From positions 4,672,001-4,736,000 of the forward strand of contig OZ245842.1 of assembly GCA_965228895.1 (NCBI GenBank): a stretch of DNA of 64,000 nucleotides, read 5' to 3'. The notes below the pieces were generated by a model, which was given only the letters and a program-made list of their open reading frames with translations, was not told the DNA's origin and searched no databases. Shown piece after piece: positions 29,385 to 39,406 of the stretch (position 1 is its first letter; the number at the start of each line of letters is the position of its first letter). A program made the position numbers and the translations under genes. Source of the stretch: Alphaproteobacteria bacterium (GTDB lineage Bacteria > Pseudomonadota > Alphaproteobacteria > SP197).

Positions 29385-30616
29385 AACTCCTGACGATTGT
29401 CCTTGTCATAGCTGGCTTGGCGTATGTGCAGACAGTGCACGGCCAAGATTTCGACCCGACCAATCAAATCCTGCCGTTTGCCCGAGAGCTACGACTCGTG
29501 GGTGATGGTGACTACGCCGAAGCCATAGATGCCCTCGCCGATACGTCCGCCGTTGTCCAGCAGTCCATCGCGGACCTCAATATCGACTGGGAGACCGTCG
29601 AACGCCGCGATCCGCGCCTCTCACCCTGGCTGACCGGCGTGATCAACCTCAACCTCGCGAACTACCTGTTTTGCCGGGCCTTGGGCAAACGCATGGGTGA
29701 CGGGCGTGTAACAGACACATGTACCGAAAACTGGGATAGCGATGCCTTGGCCATGTGGTGTCTGGTTCCGACGCAACTTGCGCGGGCTGCCTACAACGGG
29801 ATCGCGTTCGATGCCTGTGTGCGTGGAGGCGTACGGGAACTGGATGTCATTCAGACCAACCTCTGGCTTCTGGCGACCGCACTGTTTCTCGAGAGTGAAG
29901 GCAAGATTGAAACCGCGAAGGAGACCTACATCGAGATCCTGTCGTCTATCAACGAACTCAGCGACTACGAGCACCCACTCATGGTGCGTCGCTATGAAAG
30001 TACGACAGCCAATCTCCTGCTCGAAGACTACATCTACTATCGCTTCCACCGGCTGCGGTTGATGGCCCAAGAAAACGCCCGGTTCAAACCTGATTTTTGG
30101 TTTGATCTGCGAGAATGTCTGGTGGGCGACGAACCGCATTGCCCGGCGGCGACGTCGGGTCTGAGAGGACTGGCCCGCTATGTTGTGGGGTTTCGTCTCG
30201 CGGCCGGCGACGATTTGATCGATGCCGTCATGCGCCCGCAGTACTGGCTCGGCCTCGACGTCTACGAACATCCGCTGTTCTGGATCGCAGCCTTAGGTCA
30301 TCGCGGTGACGCGCGGTTCAGTATCGACGAATCCCTGCGCCACCAGTCCGAACTTGGTGACATGGTTACGCCCGATGTGCGTTACGTGCTCGACCTCTAC
30401 ACATCCGCTGCAACATTCGACGACGCGTTACCCGCTGCCTGCGGCACGGCGGGTTGCCGGTACTTCGTGGCGCAGTATCTCTATGGCGTTGACCGGATCG
30501 AAGAAGGCCATGCCGTCATCAAACAAGGGGCGGACGACTGTGCAACGACCGCCTCGCTCATGTGTGCCGCCCTGCGTTTCGCCGATCGTAAGATCGACTC
30601 TGGCGGTGTGCCATGA
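29381..30616 (+). CDS. Secreted helical protein, paralog of the preceding gene
   Basis: ATGA overlap; signal peptide MKLLTIVLVIAGLAYVQTVHG; shared Cys motifs. Confidence 0.6.
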   Translation: MKLLTIVLVIAGLAYVQTVHGQDFDPTNQILPFARELRLVGDGDYAEAIDALADTSAVVQQSIADLNIDWETVERRDPRLSPWLTGVINLNLANYLFCRALGKRMGDGRVTDTCTENWDSDALAMWCLVPTQLARAAYNGIAFDACVRGGVRELDVIQTNLWLLATALFLESEGKIETAKETYIEILSSINELSDYEHPLMVRRYESTTANLLLEDYIYYRFHRLRLMAQENARFKPDFWFDLRECLVGDEPHCPAATSGLRGLARYVVGFRLAAGDDLIDAVMRPQYWLGLDVYEHPLFWIAALGHRGDARFSIDESLRHQSELGDMVTPDVRYVLDLYTSAATFDDALPAACGTAGCRYFVAQYLYGVDRIEEGHAVIKQGADDCATTASLMCAALRFADRKIDSGGVP

Positions 30617-30647
30617 TCGGCGGCAACGCCCACGAAAGGAGACGACC

Positions 30648-31010
30648 ATGCGCGCTATGATGATCACGCTCGCCTCGGCCTTGGCGCTGGCCACCTTCGC
30701 CCACGCCGGCCAGCCCGAGCTTGCCCTCGACGATTACCTCGCCTATGACGCGGACCAGCGGCAAGCCCACGTCATGGGACTCTGGGACGGGCTGATGGTG
30801 GCGGAAACCTATCACAAGACCCAGGAACTCGCCTGGCTCAGCGATTGCGGCGCCCATGGTGTTGACGTCGACGCAATGACCGAGGCGTTCGACAGTTACC
30901 TCGACGACCGGCCCGACGCCGCGGCCTTCAGCACGGGACACGCCTTCGTCTATGCCATGGCGCGCCACTGCGACAACGCGCCGCAGTTCTTGAAGGACCT
31001 GGCACGATAG
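30648..31010 (+). CDS. Small secreted protein, possibly Rap1a/Tai-like fold
   Basis: GGAG RBS, signal peptide ending AHA, HVMGLWDG...C...YL...P...C pattern. Confidence 0.55.
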   Translation: MRAMMITLASALALATFAHAGQPELALDDYLAYDADQRQAHVMGLWDGLMVAETYHKTQELAWLSDCGAHGVDVDAMTEAFDSYLDDRPDAAAFSTGHAFVYAMARHCDNAPQFLKDLAR

Positions 31011-31101
31011 GCGCCACGCACGCGACACGACACCACACCTGACTCTCGCCTCCGAACCCGATAACGTCGCCCAATCGCCACGCAACCTTGGGGAGGGTGT
31101 C

Positions 31102-33129
31102 ATGGGGGTCGTGATGGAGTTTCCGCGCAAGGTGAAAGTGCGCGAGAAGGGCGTTTGGATTCCGTTGCGTTCCGGCAAAAAGCTCGCCGCGCGCATCTGG
31201 CTGCCGGCCGACGCCAACAGCAAACCGGTGCCGGCGCTGCTGGAATACCTGCCCTACAGGAAGCGCGACATGACGCGGCCGGGCGACGAGCCCAAACACG
31301 CCTGGTTCGCCGGGCATGGTTACGCCAGCGTACGCGTCGATTTGCAGGGTGCGGGCGACAGTTTCGGCGTCATGCGTGACGAGTACGCTGCCCAGGAGCT
31401 GAAGGACGGCAAGGAGGTGATCGCCTGGCTTGCCAAGCAGCCGTGGTGCACAGGCAAGGTCGGCATGTTCGGCATCTCCTGGGGCGGCTTCAACTCGCTC
31501 CAGGTGGCAGCGCTGCGCCCGCCGGCGCTGAAAGCCATCGTCACCTCGTGCTCGACCGACGACCGCTATGCCTCGGACATGCACTATTCCGGCGGTTGTC
31601 TTTTGAATGACAACCTGGACTGGGGCACGACCTTCTTCTCGATCCTTGCCTTGCCCGGCGACCCCGAGATCATGGGGCCGGGCTGGCGCAAGAACTGGCT
31701 GGAGCGCCTCGACGGCATTCCCTGCCCGATCGAGACGTGGATGAAACACCAGCAGCGCGACGCCTATTGGAAACACGGCTCGGTCAACGAGAACTACCGC
31801 GACATCGAGTGCGCCGTCTTCGCCGTCGGCGGCTGGCTCGACGGCTATACCAACGCCATCCCGCGCCTGCTGAAAAATCTCAAGGTGCCGCGCCTCGGCC
31901 TGATCGGCCCGCACGCGCACCAGTGGGGCCAGTCGCTGCGCGCGCCGGGCCCGGCCATCGGCTTCCTGCAGGAGATGCTGCGCTGGTGGGACTATTGGCT
32001 GAAAGACATCGACACCGGCATCATGAACGAGCCGATGATGCGTGCCTATATGCAGGACGATATCCCGGCCGAGCCGTGGTACGCCCACTGTCCCGGCCGC
32101 TGGGTCGGCGAACAGGCCTGGCCCAGCAAGCGCATCCGCATGAAACCCTTCCGGCTCAACCCCGACGGCATCGGCACGAAGAAAGGCAAGGACGTGCCAC
32201 GTGTGGCCACGACACCGCAAACGCTGGGCATGGCGGGCGGCGAGTGGTGCCCCTATGGCACCGGCGGCGAAGGCCCGGAGTTTCCCGGCGATCAGCGTTT
32301 CGACGACGGCGCCTCCATCTGCTTTGACACCGAACCTTTGGAGGAGACGGTCGAGATCCTGGGCGCGCCGGAAGTCAGTCTCGACCTCAGCGTCGACAAG
32401 CCCTCTGCCTTCGTCTGCGTGCGGCTCAACGACGTCAAACCGGACGGCTCGGTGGCGCGCGCCACCTACGCGGTCTTGAACCTGACCCATCGCAACGGCC
32501 ATGGCCGCATCGCGCGCATCCAGCCGGGCAAACGCTACCAGGTGAAGGTGACGCTCAACGACACGGCCTACGCCTTCCAGCCCGGCCACCGCATCCGCGT
32601 CGCCATCTCGACCACCTATTGGCCGATGATCTGGCCCTCGCCGGAGCCGGTCGAACTGACCGTCCATACCGGCACCAGCACGCTCCATCTGCCGGTGCGC
32701 CCGACCAAGGGCGGCCCGCGCCTCAAACCCTTCGACGACCCGCAGGAAGCCGCACCCATGCCACAGGAGCAGGTGACGCCCGCATCATCGGCGAACACGG
32801 TGACCCGCGACGTCCTGACCGGGCGCGTCGAGGTCCTGTCGCAACGTGGCAGCGGCGTCTACCGGATCAGCGAACACGGCATGGAGTTTGGCCGCAACAC
32901 GATCGAGAAGATGGCGATCACCGAGGGCGATCCCTTGAGCGCGGAAACCGAGATGACCGTCACCAGCCACATGAAGCGCGGCGATTTCGAGGTCGACGTT
33001 CACGCGACGACCAACCTGCGCGCCACCGCCGACACGTTTCTGTTGTCCGCCGATCTCGACGTCTGGGAGGGTAAGACGCGCATCCTGGCGAAAAGCTGGT
33101 CGGTGCCGATCAAGCGGGACGGGGTCTAG
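31102..33129 (+). CDS. CocE/NonD (S15) family hydrolase
   Basis: LEYLPYRKRD, GISWGG nucleophile, GW.DGY, PepX-like C-terminal domain. Confidence 0.92.
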   Translation: MGVVMEFPRKVKVREKGVWIPLRSGKKLAARIWLPADANSKPVPALLEYLPYRKRDMTRPGDEPKHAWFAGHGYASVRVDLQGAGDSFGVMRDEYAAQELKDGKEVIAWLAKQPWCTGKVGMFGISWGGFNSLQVAALRPPALKAIVTSCSTDDRYASDMHYSGGCLLNDNLDWGTTFFSILALPGDPEIMGPGWRKNWLERLDGIPCPIETWMKHQQRDAYWKHGSVNENYRDIECAVFAVGGWLDGYTNAIPRLLKNLKVPRLGLIGPHAHQWGQSLRAPGPAIGFLQEMLRWWDYWLKDIDTGIMNEPMMRAYMQDDIPAEPWYAHCPGRWVGEQAWPSKRIRMKPFRLNPDGIGTKKGKDVPRVATTPQTLGMAGGEWCPYGTGGEGPEFPGDQRFDDGASICFDTEPLEETVEILGAPEVSLDLSVDKPSAFVCVRLNDVKPDGSVARATYAVLNLTHRNGHGRIARIQPGKRYQVKVTLNDTAYAFQPGHRIRVAISTTYWPMIWPSPEPVELTVHTGTSTLHLPVRPTKGGPRLKPFDDPQEAAPMPQEQVTPASSANTVTRDVLTGRVEVLSQRGSGVYRISEHGMEFGRNTIEKMAITEGDPLSAETEMTVTSHMKRGDFEVDVHATTNLRATADTFLLSADLDVWEGKTRILAKSWSVPIKRDGV

Positions 33130-33226
33130 CCGCGCGTACGTCAGCGCCACATGTCATTAGACGTCGATAGTCTGAACGGCATCTGGACTATCCCGTCGCC
33201 GAGCATCGAAGGAGTACGGCTTGATG

Positions 33227-34009
33227 TCAGGGGTCAATGTCGTAGAGGATGCAGCCGTTCTCGACGCACTCTCTCAATACGACCTGCATTTTCGGCCCAT
33301 AATCGCCGTCGAGTTCACCTGGATCGTAACCTAGTTCCCTGAGTGCCCGTTTGTATCTGTTGACTTTGGAATACCCACCGTCCGACATCGCTTGTTCATA
33401 AACGGCGATCGCTTCTTCGTTGCGACCCTGATCCATGTGAATACGCACCCGAACCTCGTCTCCCATCCACTCGGCGTCCTCAGCATAAGCAAAGGCCAAA
33501 TCCAGGTGTGTGTTGTTTCGATAGAGAGCATTCGCGGCATGGAAGTATAGGTTGATGGGATAAAGGTGCCACCATAGGAAGCTGCCCTCCATGGCGAATG
33601 CGGTTTCGAACTCCGCCAATCCACCATCAACATCGCCTAAGTCCACACGCTCGGCACCGCGCAAGACGTACAAGAGGGGTTCGTTGGGCAAGTACGTGAT
33701 GGCTTGATCAAAATCTTGCAACGCCTGCTCATGCTCACCCGAATAGTGCTGCGCTTGACCGCGACGGTAATGAAGATAACCCCTTTCGTCCTTGGAAAGA
33801 TCGAGGGTCTCCAGACAGTGCGTGAATTCGTCTACTGCCTTTGGAAAATCTCTCTTGTTTTTGCCGAACTGGGCCAAACCGTCTGGGCACGGTTCTTCAA
33901 TAATCTGCGCACTTCCGTCACGCGCTGTTAAGACGAGCGCTAAGACAGCGACAATCAGAAAGAGAGTGCCGCCTGCGATCAGAGACCTCGCGTGTAGTTT
34001 CACCGACAT
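33227..34009 (-). CDS. Secreted TPR protein with C-terminal peptidoglycan-binding-like motif
   Basis: Signal peptide, TPR units, L.ELGYDPGELDGDYGP. Confidence 0.75.
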   Translation of the reverse strand: MSVKLHARSLIAGGTLFLIVAVLALVLTARDGSAQIIEEPCPDGLAQFGKNKRDFPKAVDEFTHCLETLDLSKDERGYLHYRRGQAQHYSGEHEQALQDFDQAITYLPNEPLLYVLRGAERVDLGDVDGGLAEFETAFAMEGSFLWWHLYPINLYFHAANALYRNNTHLDLAFAYAEDAEWMGDEVRVRIHMDQGRNEEAIAVYEQAMSDGGYSKVNRYKRALRELGYDPGELDGDYGPKMQVVLRECVENGCILYDIDP

Positions 34010-34028
34010 AGCGAAAAAACCTCCACAG

Positions 34029-35555
34029 CTATCGAATGTCTCGAAGATCGGCCGCCATGGCGGCTCCGAGATCAGCCATCGCCGCCTCGGTCTGGCCTAG
34101 CATCAGCAGCGCCACCGCGCGGTTGCGATAGGCGAGGACAGAATCAGGATCGAGTTCGATGGCACGGTCAAACGCCTTCCTCGCACTGAGGTGCCTGCCT
34201 TCCTTGAAGAACAGCCAGCCCCGGCTGTTGTGCACATCGGCGGAGTGGGGCGCGAGCTCGACGGCGCGGTCCATGTCCTGAAGCGCCAACTCGAACTCGC
34301 CGAACTCCTGCCATGCATGCGCGCGATAGAGATAGGCGTCGACATCATCCGGGTCGTCGGCAATCCGCCGATCGAATTCGCTGACGTCGCGATACGACAC
34401 GAAGTCAAGGTTGCGTGAATCTGCGTGGTCGGCATAGACGGCCTTGACGCGATCGAACTCCTGATCAGCCCTTCCAACCTCACCCAATTCCAGCCATGCC
34501 CAACCACGGTAAAGACGGTAACCGCTCGTTTCCGAAAAACTCGAAATCAGTATGTCGAGATCCTCGATCGCACGCTCATACTCGCCAAGCTGATGCCAGG
34601 CCCATGCGCGATTCTTGTACAGTTTGGCATTGCCGCCAATCATAAGGCCGTCGAATGGATCGGTCCCGACTGCAAGCTCGTAATCGGCAATCGCTTTGTC
34701 GAGCTCGCCCATTCTCTGCCAAGCGTCGGCGCGCAACCGGTAGGCCTCGCTGTTACTATCATCGGTTTCGATCAAATGATCATAGACAGCGATCGCGGCG
34801 GCGAAGTCGCCGAGCTTCTGGAGCGCCTTAGCCTGCCCTGTGTATCCAGCAACGAGCTCAGGGAAAAGATCGATGGCGCGGCTGTAATCGGCCACAGCTC
34901 TCTCGTACTCGCCGATACTGTAGAACGACTCGGCACGCATGTATGACGGCATATGGTCTTCAATATCGACTTCGATTGCACGACTGTAGTCGGCGATGGC
35001 TCGGTCAACGTCGCCGAGGTACTCCAAGATCCCGGCGCGTCGAAAGTGCGCACGTTCTAAGTTCGGATCAGCCTCGATAGCGCGGCTATAGTCCGCCAGT
35101 GCCTGTTCGTGTTCGTACTGTCTTTCCCATGCCCGTGCGCGCCTGTAGAAAGCCAGCGCGTAGTCGGGATAAATCTCAATGGCGCGATCGTAGTCCTCGA
35201 TCGCTTGCGCGTACTCCTCACGATGATAGTGCGCATAGCCCCGACCCACATAGGCTTCCGCGTAGTCGGGAAACAAGGAGATTGCGTCGTTGAAGTCGTC
35301 AATCGCCTGCTGTTCGCGCAACAGGCTCTGGTAAGTCTCGCCGCGGAGCGTGTACGCGCGCGCAGCGTTCTTGTTGCCCAGGTCGCCTTCTTCCAGGCAT
35401 CGGGTGAACGCTTCGATGGCGTCGGCCGCCGTCCTGAGGTCGAGCATCAGATTCTCGCCCCGGTCACACCACGAGTAGTTTTCGGCCGACGCGCCATGGC
35501 TGTTGCCAACAAGCACCAGTGCCACAACGAGGCCAACGATCCTAACAAACACCAC
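34029..35555 (-). CDS. Secreted multi-TPR protein
   Basis: Signal peptide plus many A(I/L)ADY.RAIE..P....AY..R repeats. Confidence 0.9.
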   Translation of the reverse strand: MVFVRIVGLVVALVLVGNSHGASAENYSWCDRGENLMLDLRTAADAIEAFTRCLEEGDLGNKNAARAYTLRGETYQSLLREQQAIDDFNDAISLFPDYAEAYVGRGYAHYHREEYAQAIEDYDRAIEIYPDYALAFYRRARAWERQYEHEQALADYSRAIEADPNLERAHFRRAGILEYLGDVDRAIADYSRAIEVDIEDHMPSYMRAESFYSIGEYERAVADYSRAIDLFPELVAGYTGQAKALQKLGDFAAAIAVYDHLIETDDSNSEAYRLRADAWQRMGELDKAIADYELAVGTDPFDGLMIGGNAKLYKNRAWAWHQLGEYERAIEDLDILISSFSETSGYRLYRGWAWLELGEVGRADQEFDRVKAVYADHADSRNLDFVSYRDVSEFDRRIADDPDDVDAYLYRAHAWQEFGEFELALQDMDRAVELAPHSADVHNSRGWLFFKEGRHLSARKAFDRAIELDPDSVLAYRNRAVALLMLGQTEAAMADLGAAMAADLRDIR

Positions 35556-35675
35556 ACGCTCCGGTTAATCATTAGCCACCAATGTAACCGATGATTGCTG
35601 ACGCCAAAAGCGCGCCCTTCTGCTGAAGGTCAATTGGGCTGATAATCGACGGTCAAGCCACCGAAGGAGCGAGCC

Positions 35676-36029
35676 ATGAGCGATCACGACGACATCACCC
35701 AGACTGTCCAGCACTATGTCGACGGGGCCAAATCCGGCAAGGGCGACGTCATGAAGCGGGCGTTTCACAAGGATGCGATGATCTTCGGCTATACCGGACC
35801 CGATCTTATGGCTGACCCCATACAGAACCTCTTTGACTGGAACGACTCGAACGGTCCGGCACCGGACATCAAGGTTCTCGATACCAAGATCGACGTCGCC
35901 GACACCGTTGCCACCGTCAGGCTGGAACTCGACGACTGGACCGGCCACCGATTCACCGACATGTTCACTCTGCTCAAGGTCGACGGCGAGTGGAAGATCG
36001 TAAACAAGGTCTTTCACCTGCACGGCTGA
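35676..36029 (+). CDS. NTF2/SnoaL-like (putative lumazine-binding) protein, tandem copy 1
   Basis: VQHYVDG, AFH.DA, FTDMFTLLKVDGEWKIVNKVFH. Confidence 0.88.
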   Translation: MSDHDDITQTVQHYVDGAKSGKGDVMKRAFHKDAMIFGYTGPDLMADPIQNLFDWNDSNGPAPDIKVLDTKIDVADTVATVRLELDDWTGHRFTDMFTLLKVDGEWKIVNKVFHLHG

Positions 36030-36076
36030 ACACAGTCCGCCGGTAACCGGGTGGCGGCGATTGGAGACAAGGAGCC

Positions 36077-36448
36077 ATGAACAAAACAATCACCCAAGAT
36101 GAGCATGATGCGATCACGCGCACCGTGCAGCACTACATCGACGGGGCGAAGTCGGGCCGGAGCGATGACATGAAACCGGCCTTCCACGCGGATGCATGGA
36201 TCTTCGGCTACGGCGCCACCGGGCTGCTTGCGAGCCCTATTCAAGAACTCTTCAACCGGGTCGACGCCGGCCAACCGGCGCCGGACGTTAAGGCGGACAT
36301 TGTCGGTATCGATGTGGGCGACACGGTGGCCACCGTGCGTCTCGAACTCGACGAATGGACCGGCCGCCGCTTCACCGACATGTTCACGCTGCTCAAGGTC
36401 GACGGCGACTGGAAGATCATCAACAAGGTCTTCCACCTGCACGGCTGA
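36077..36448 (+). CDS. NTF2/SnoaL-like (putative lumazine-binding) protein, tandem copy 2
   Basis: Same motifs; C-terminal third nearly identical to copy 1. Confidence 0.88.
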   Translation: MNKTITQDEHDAITRTVQHYIDGAKSGRSDDMKPAFHADAWIFGYGATGLLASPIQELFNRVDAGQPAPDVKADIVGIDVGDTVATVRLELDEWTGRRFTDMFTLLKVDGDWKIINKVFHLHG

Positions 36449-36557
36449 TCGCGCGCCCTGACCGACAAGATCGCGCTGCCGTTTCGACCGGCGTCCCGGA
36501 CGAGACCGGCAAGTGTGAGCTCGACGGCGTCAGAAGCTCGGGGAGCTGACGCGCAGT

Positions 36558-36926
36558 TCAGTTCTCAAGGTGGACCAGCGCCATGTCGTAGGCGCCGCCG
36601 TCGACCTCCGTCATCCGATGGCCTCAGCCTTCCGTGTCCTCGTTGATGAACATGCCGCCGGTCTCGATCATGCGGTGATCGCCGTCGGTCGTCTCAAGGC
36701 GCAGCCGGCCCGACAGCAGGACCACCAACACGCGCTGGGGCACCGGGTGCCAGGTGTCGACATAGCCTGCCGGCGTGCGCATAACACAGACGGCGTCCGA
36801 AGCGAGCTTGGGCGACACCCAGTAGCCCGGCGGCGAGGGCGGCGCGAAGTCGGCGACTTCCAAGGGAAGTTCTGTTTCGCCGAAAAAGGTGCCGCCTTCC
36901 TCATCCATCAGGACCGTGAGGACCAT
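36558..36926 (-). pseudogene. Cupin-domain protein with in-frame TGA at 36624-36626
   Basis: WHPVPQR...LSG...EDTEG*GHRM...ALVHLEN*; the stop falls inside the EDTxG(K/R)GH motif and the frame stays open for 21 more codons. Confidence 0.75.
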
Positions 36927-36961
36927 CACGTGCCGGCCCTCCCACCGCCGGAGACCGGGGA

Positions 36962-37633
36962 TTACGCCGCCGGCGTGCCGCGCGCGGCCTCGTTGAAGGC
37001 AGTCTTCAGGAACGCCGCGCCTGCTTCCAGCGCGCCCGGATCGATACCGTGGCCGACACCCTGACTGACATGCCACTGCGCGGCGATGTCGTGTTTGGCC
37101 AACACGCCGACTGCTTCGTGCATGGACTGGAAGGGCACCATCGGATCGGCATCGCCGTGGGCCAAGAGCACCGGCGGACGGGCTTTGAGTTCGCTCTCCA
37201 AACCGTCGGCATCGATCATCATGCCGGAATAGCCGACGACGCCGGCGCAAGCGCGCGCGCGGCGCAGGGCGACATAAAGCGCCATCATCGCACCCTGGCT
37301 GAACCCGATCAGCGCCAGACGGCTGTCGTCGAGCTTGAGCCGCTCGAGTTCGGTGTCGATGAAGTCGTTGATCATGCCGGCCGCCCGCTCATAACCGGCC
37401 TTCAGCGTCTCCGGCCGTTCGTCGGCGAAGCTGTACCACTGGCGGCCCATCGGGTTCTGGTCGCAAGGGTCGGGCGCGTTGGGGCTGGTGAAACGCGCAT
37501 GCGGGAGAGTCGGCTGCAAGGCAGGCGCCAGCCCGATCAGATCGTTGCCGTCGGCGCCCCAGCCGTGCAGCAGCACGACAAATTGTTGCGGTTCGCCCTG
37601 GCGCGGCGGCACCACCGGTCCTGATAACGTCAT
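36962..37633 (-). CDS. Phospholipase/carboxylesterase (alpha/beta hydrolase)
   Basis: LLHGWGADG, GFSQG, HGDADPMVP, GHGI. Confidence 0.92.
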   Translation of the reverse strand: MTLSGPVVPPRQGEPQQFVVLLHGWGADGNDLIGLAPALQPTLPHARFTSPNAPDPCDQNPMGRQWYSFADERPETLKAGYERAAGMINDFIDTELERLKLDDSRLALIGFSQGAMMALYVALRRARACAGVVGYSGMMIDADGLESELKARPPVLLAHGDADPMVPFQSMHEAVGVLAKHDIAAQWHVSQGVGHGIDPGALEAGAAFLKTAFNEAARGTPAA

Positions 37634-37698
37634 CTTGTAGCCCTCATCATGGTCGATCTTGGGTATCGTTAGCTTTCACGGTTAGCAAGGGTGAAAAC

Positions 37699-38721
37699 GT
37701 GCCGGTTCTGCGTTTCCTGATGGCCTTCCTGTCCTGCCTCCTAGTCGGGCCAGCGCTGGCCGAACTGCCGGCGTCCTGGCCCGATGCCGGAAACGATGAT
37801 GCCGTGCTGGTCGAGTCTGTCGCGCTTGCCAGCAGCACGCCGTTCACGCTTGCCGATGTCGGCGATCCCGAGGATGCGCCGCCGACGCAAGCATCGGCCG
37901 TTCTCTTCCTGCCGGCGAACGCCTCGGCAGACAATCCGGTCCCCGCGGTTGTCTTGCTGCACGGAGCGGCCGGCGTGTTGCAGACACGCGAGCCGGCCTA
38001 CGCACGTCAACTCGCCAGCTTGGGTGTTGCCGCCGTGGTCGTCGATGTTTTCGGTGCGCGGCGCGATCTGGCCACCGGCTTCACCGACCGCCTGTTGAAC
38101 ATCACCGAGGCCGCGATGCTGGCCGACGCCTTCGCCGCGCTGGTCTATATCGATAGCCTGCCCGAGATCGACGGCACCCGAGTCGTCGTGGCCGGCTTCT
38201 CCTATGGCGGCATGGCCGCCACCTACGCGGCTTACGAAACGGTCGCCGAGCGCCTGGCGCCAGACGGCCAACGCTTTGCCGGACACGTCGCCTTCTACGC
38301 ACCGTGCATCGCGAGTTTCGAAGACAACCGCGCGACCGGCGCGCCGCTGCTGATGCTGGCGGGCACCGGTGACGCCATCGTCGACCCCGAACGCTGCAGC
38401 GCGGTCGCCGGCGAGTTGGAGGATGGCGGCGCCGATGTCACGACCGTCTACTACGACGGCGCCTATCATCAGTGGGACGGCCGTTTCGCCGGCCCGCGCG
38501 CGATCGGCCGTAATCTGGCACCATGCGATTTCTATGTCGACGACGACGGCGACGTCTACGACGCCGGTTCGTGGCTGCCGATGAGCGGGCCTTTCATGCG
38601 CAAGATCATCCTGGGCCTGTGCAGCGATCCCGACGGTTACCTGATCGGCCGCGATGACGAGGTCCGTGACCGCGCGATCGTCGACTGGACCCGCTTCCTG
38701 AACGCCGTCTTCGACGGCTGA
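37699..38721 (+). CDS. Secreted dienelactone hydrolase family protein
   Basis: Signal peptide, PAVVLLHG, GFSYGG, Y.GAYH.WD. Confidence 0.85.
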   Translation: MPVLRFLMAFLSCLLVGPALAELPASWPDAGNDDAVLVESVALASSTPFTLADVGDPEDAPPTQASAVLFLPANASADNPVPAVVLLHGAAGVLQTREPAYARQLASLGVAAVVVDVFGARRDLATGFTDRLLNITEAAMLADAFAALVYIDSLPEIDGTRVVVAGFSYGGMAATYAAYETVAERLAPDGQRFAGHVAFYAPCIASFEDNRATGAPLLMLAGTGDAIVDPERCSAVAGELEDGGADVTTVYYDGAYHQWDGRFAGPRAIGRNLAPCDFYVDDDGDVYDAGSWLPMSGPFMRKIILGLCSDPDGYLIGRDDEVRDRAIVDWTRFLNAVFDG

Positions 38722-38773
38722 CGCAGCCGCGCGGGCGTTCTATAGAGGGAACCTCGTTTAACGGGGATTCCCA

Positions 38774-39406
38774 ATGATCGATCCCGCGCTGTTTCTGAAA
38801 AGTCTCGCCATGGGTTTGGCGGTCGCCGCGCCCATGGGACCGATGAGCGTTATCTTGATCCGTCGTACGCTCGCCCAAGGTTACGGGGCGGGACTTTCCG
38901 GCGGGTTGGGCATCGCGACCGCAGACGGTTTCTACGGCGCGGTCGCCGCGTTCGGCCTGACCGCCATCAGTTCAGCGCTGATCGAGCATCAGTTCTGGCT
39001 GCGCCTGGTCGGCGGGGCGTTCCTGGTGTGGCTGGGCTTGAGGATCTTCTTCAAGGAAAGCCGTCAGAACGGCGCCATGGCGGGGGAGCGCGGACCGGGC
39101 GGCGGGTTTTTCACCATGCTGGGGCTGACCATCACCAACCCGATGACGATCCTCTCCTTTGCCGCGATCTTCGCCGGTCTGGGGCTGGTTGAACCGGGCA
39201 GCGACCACATGACCGCGATCACCATGACAGCAGGCGTGTTTCTCGGCTCGTTGTTATGGTGGGTCGTGTTATGTGGGGCGATCACGCTGGTGCGCCGGCG
39301 TGTCACCGGCGGCGTCATGCTCTGGCTCAACCGGATCGCCGGCGCGCTGATCACCGGCTTCGGCATCGCCGCCCTGGTCGGGGCGCGCCACGGCCCGGGA
39401 TCGTGA
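38774..39406 (+). CDS. LysE family amino acid exporter
   Basis: AAPMGP, GLGIATAD, LTITNPMTI, GVFLGS..WW. Confidence 0.92.
   Translation: MIDPALFLKSLAMGLAVAAPMGPMSVILIRRTLAQGYGAGLSGGLGIATADGFYGAVAAFGLTAISSALIEHQFWLRLVGGAFLVWLGLRIFFKESRQNGAMAGERGPGGGFFTMLGLTITNPMTILSFAAIFAGLGLVEPGSDHMTAITMTAGVFLGSLLWWVVLCGAITLVRRRVTGGVMLWLNRIAGALITGFGIAALVGARHGPGS

Noticed and set aside
34000-34031. Possible premature stop removing a peptidoglycan-binding tail from the large TPR gene
   Set aside because: The sequence after the stop is the GGAGG RBS and start of the next gene, and no G..DG motif follows in frame
36624-36626. In-frame TGA as selenocysteine
   Set aside because: The position corresponds to Lys/Arg rather than Cys, and I see no convincing SECIS hairpin downstream
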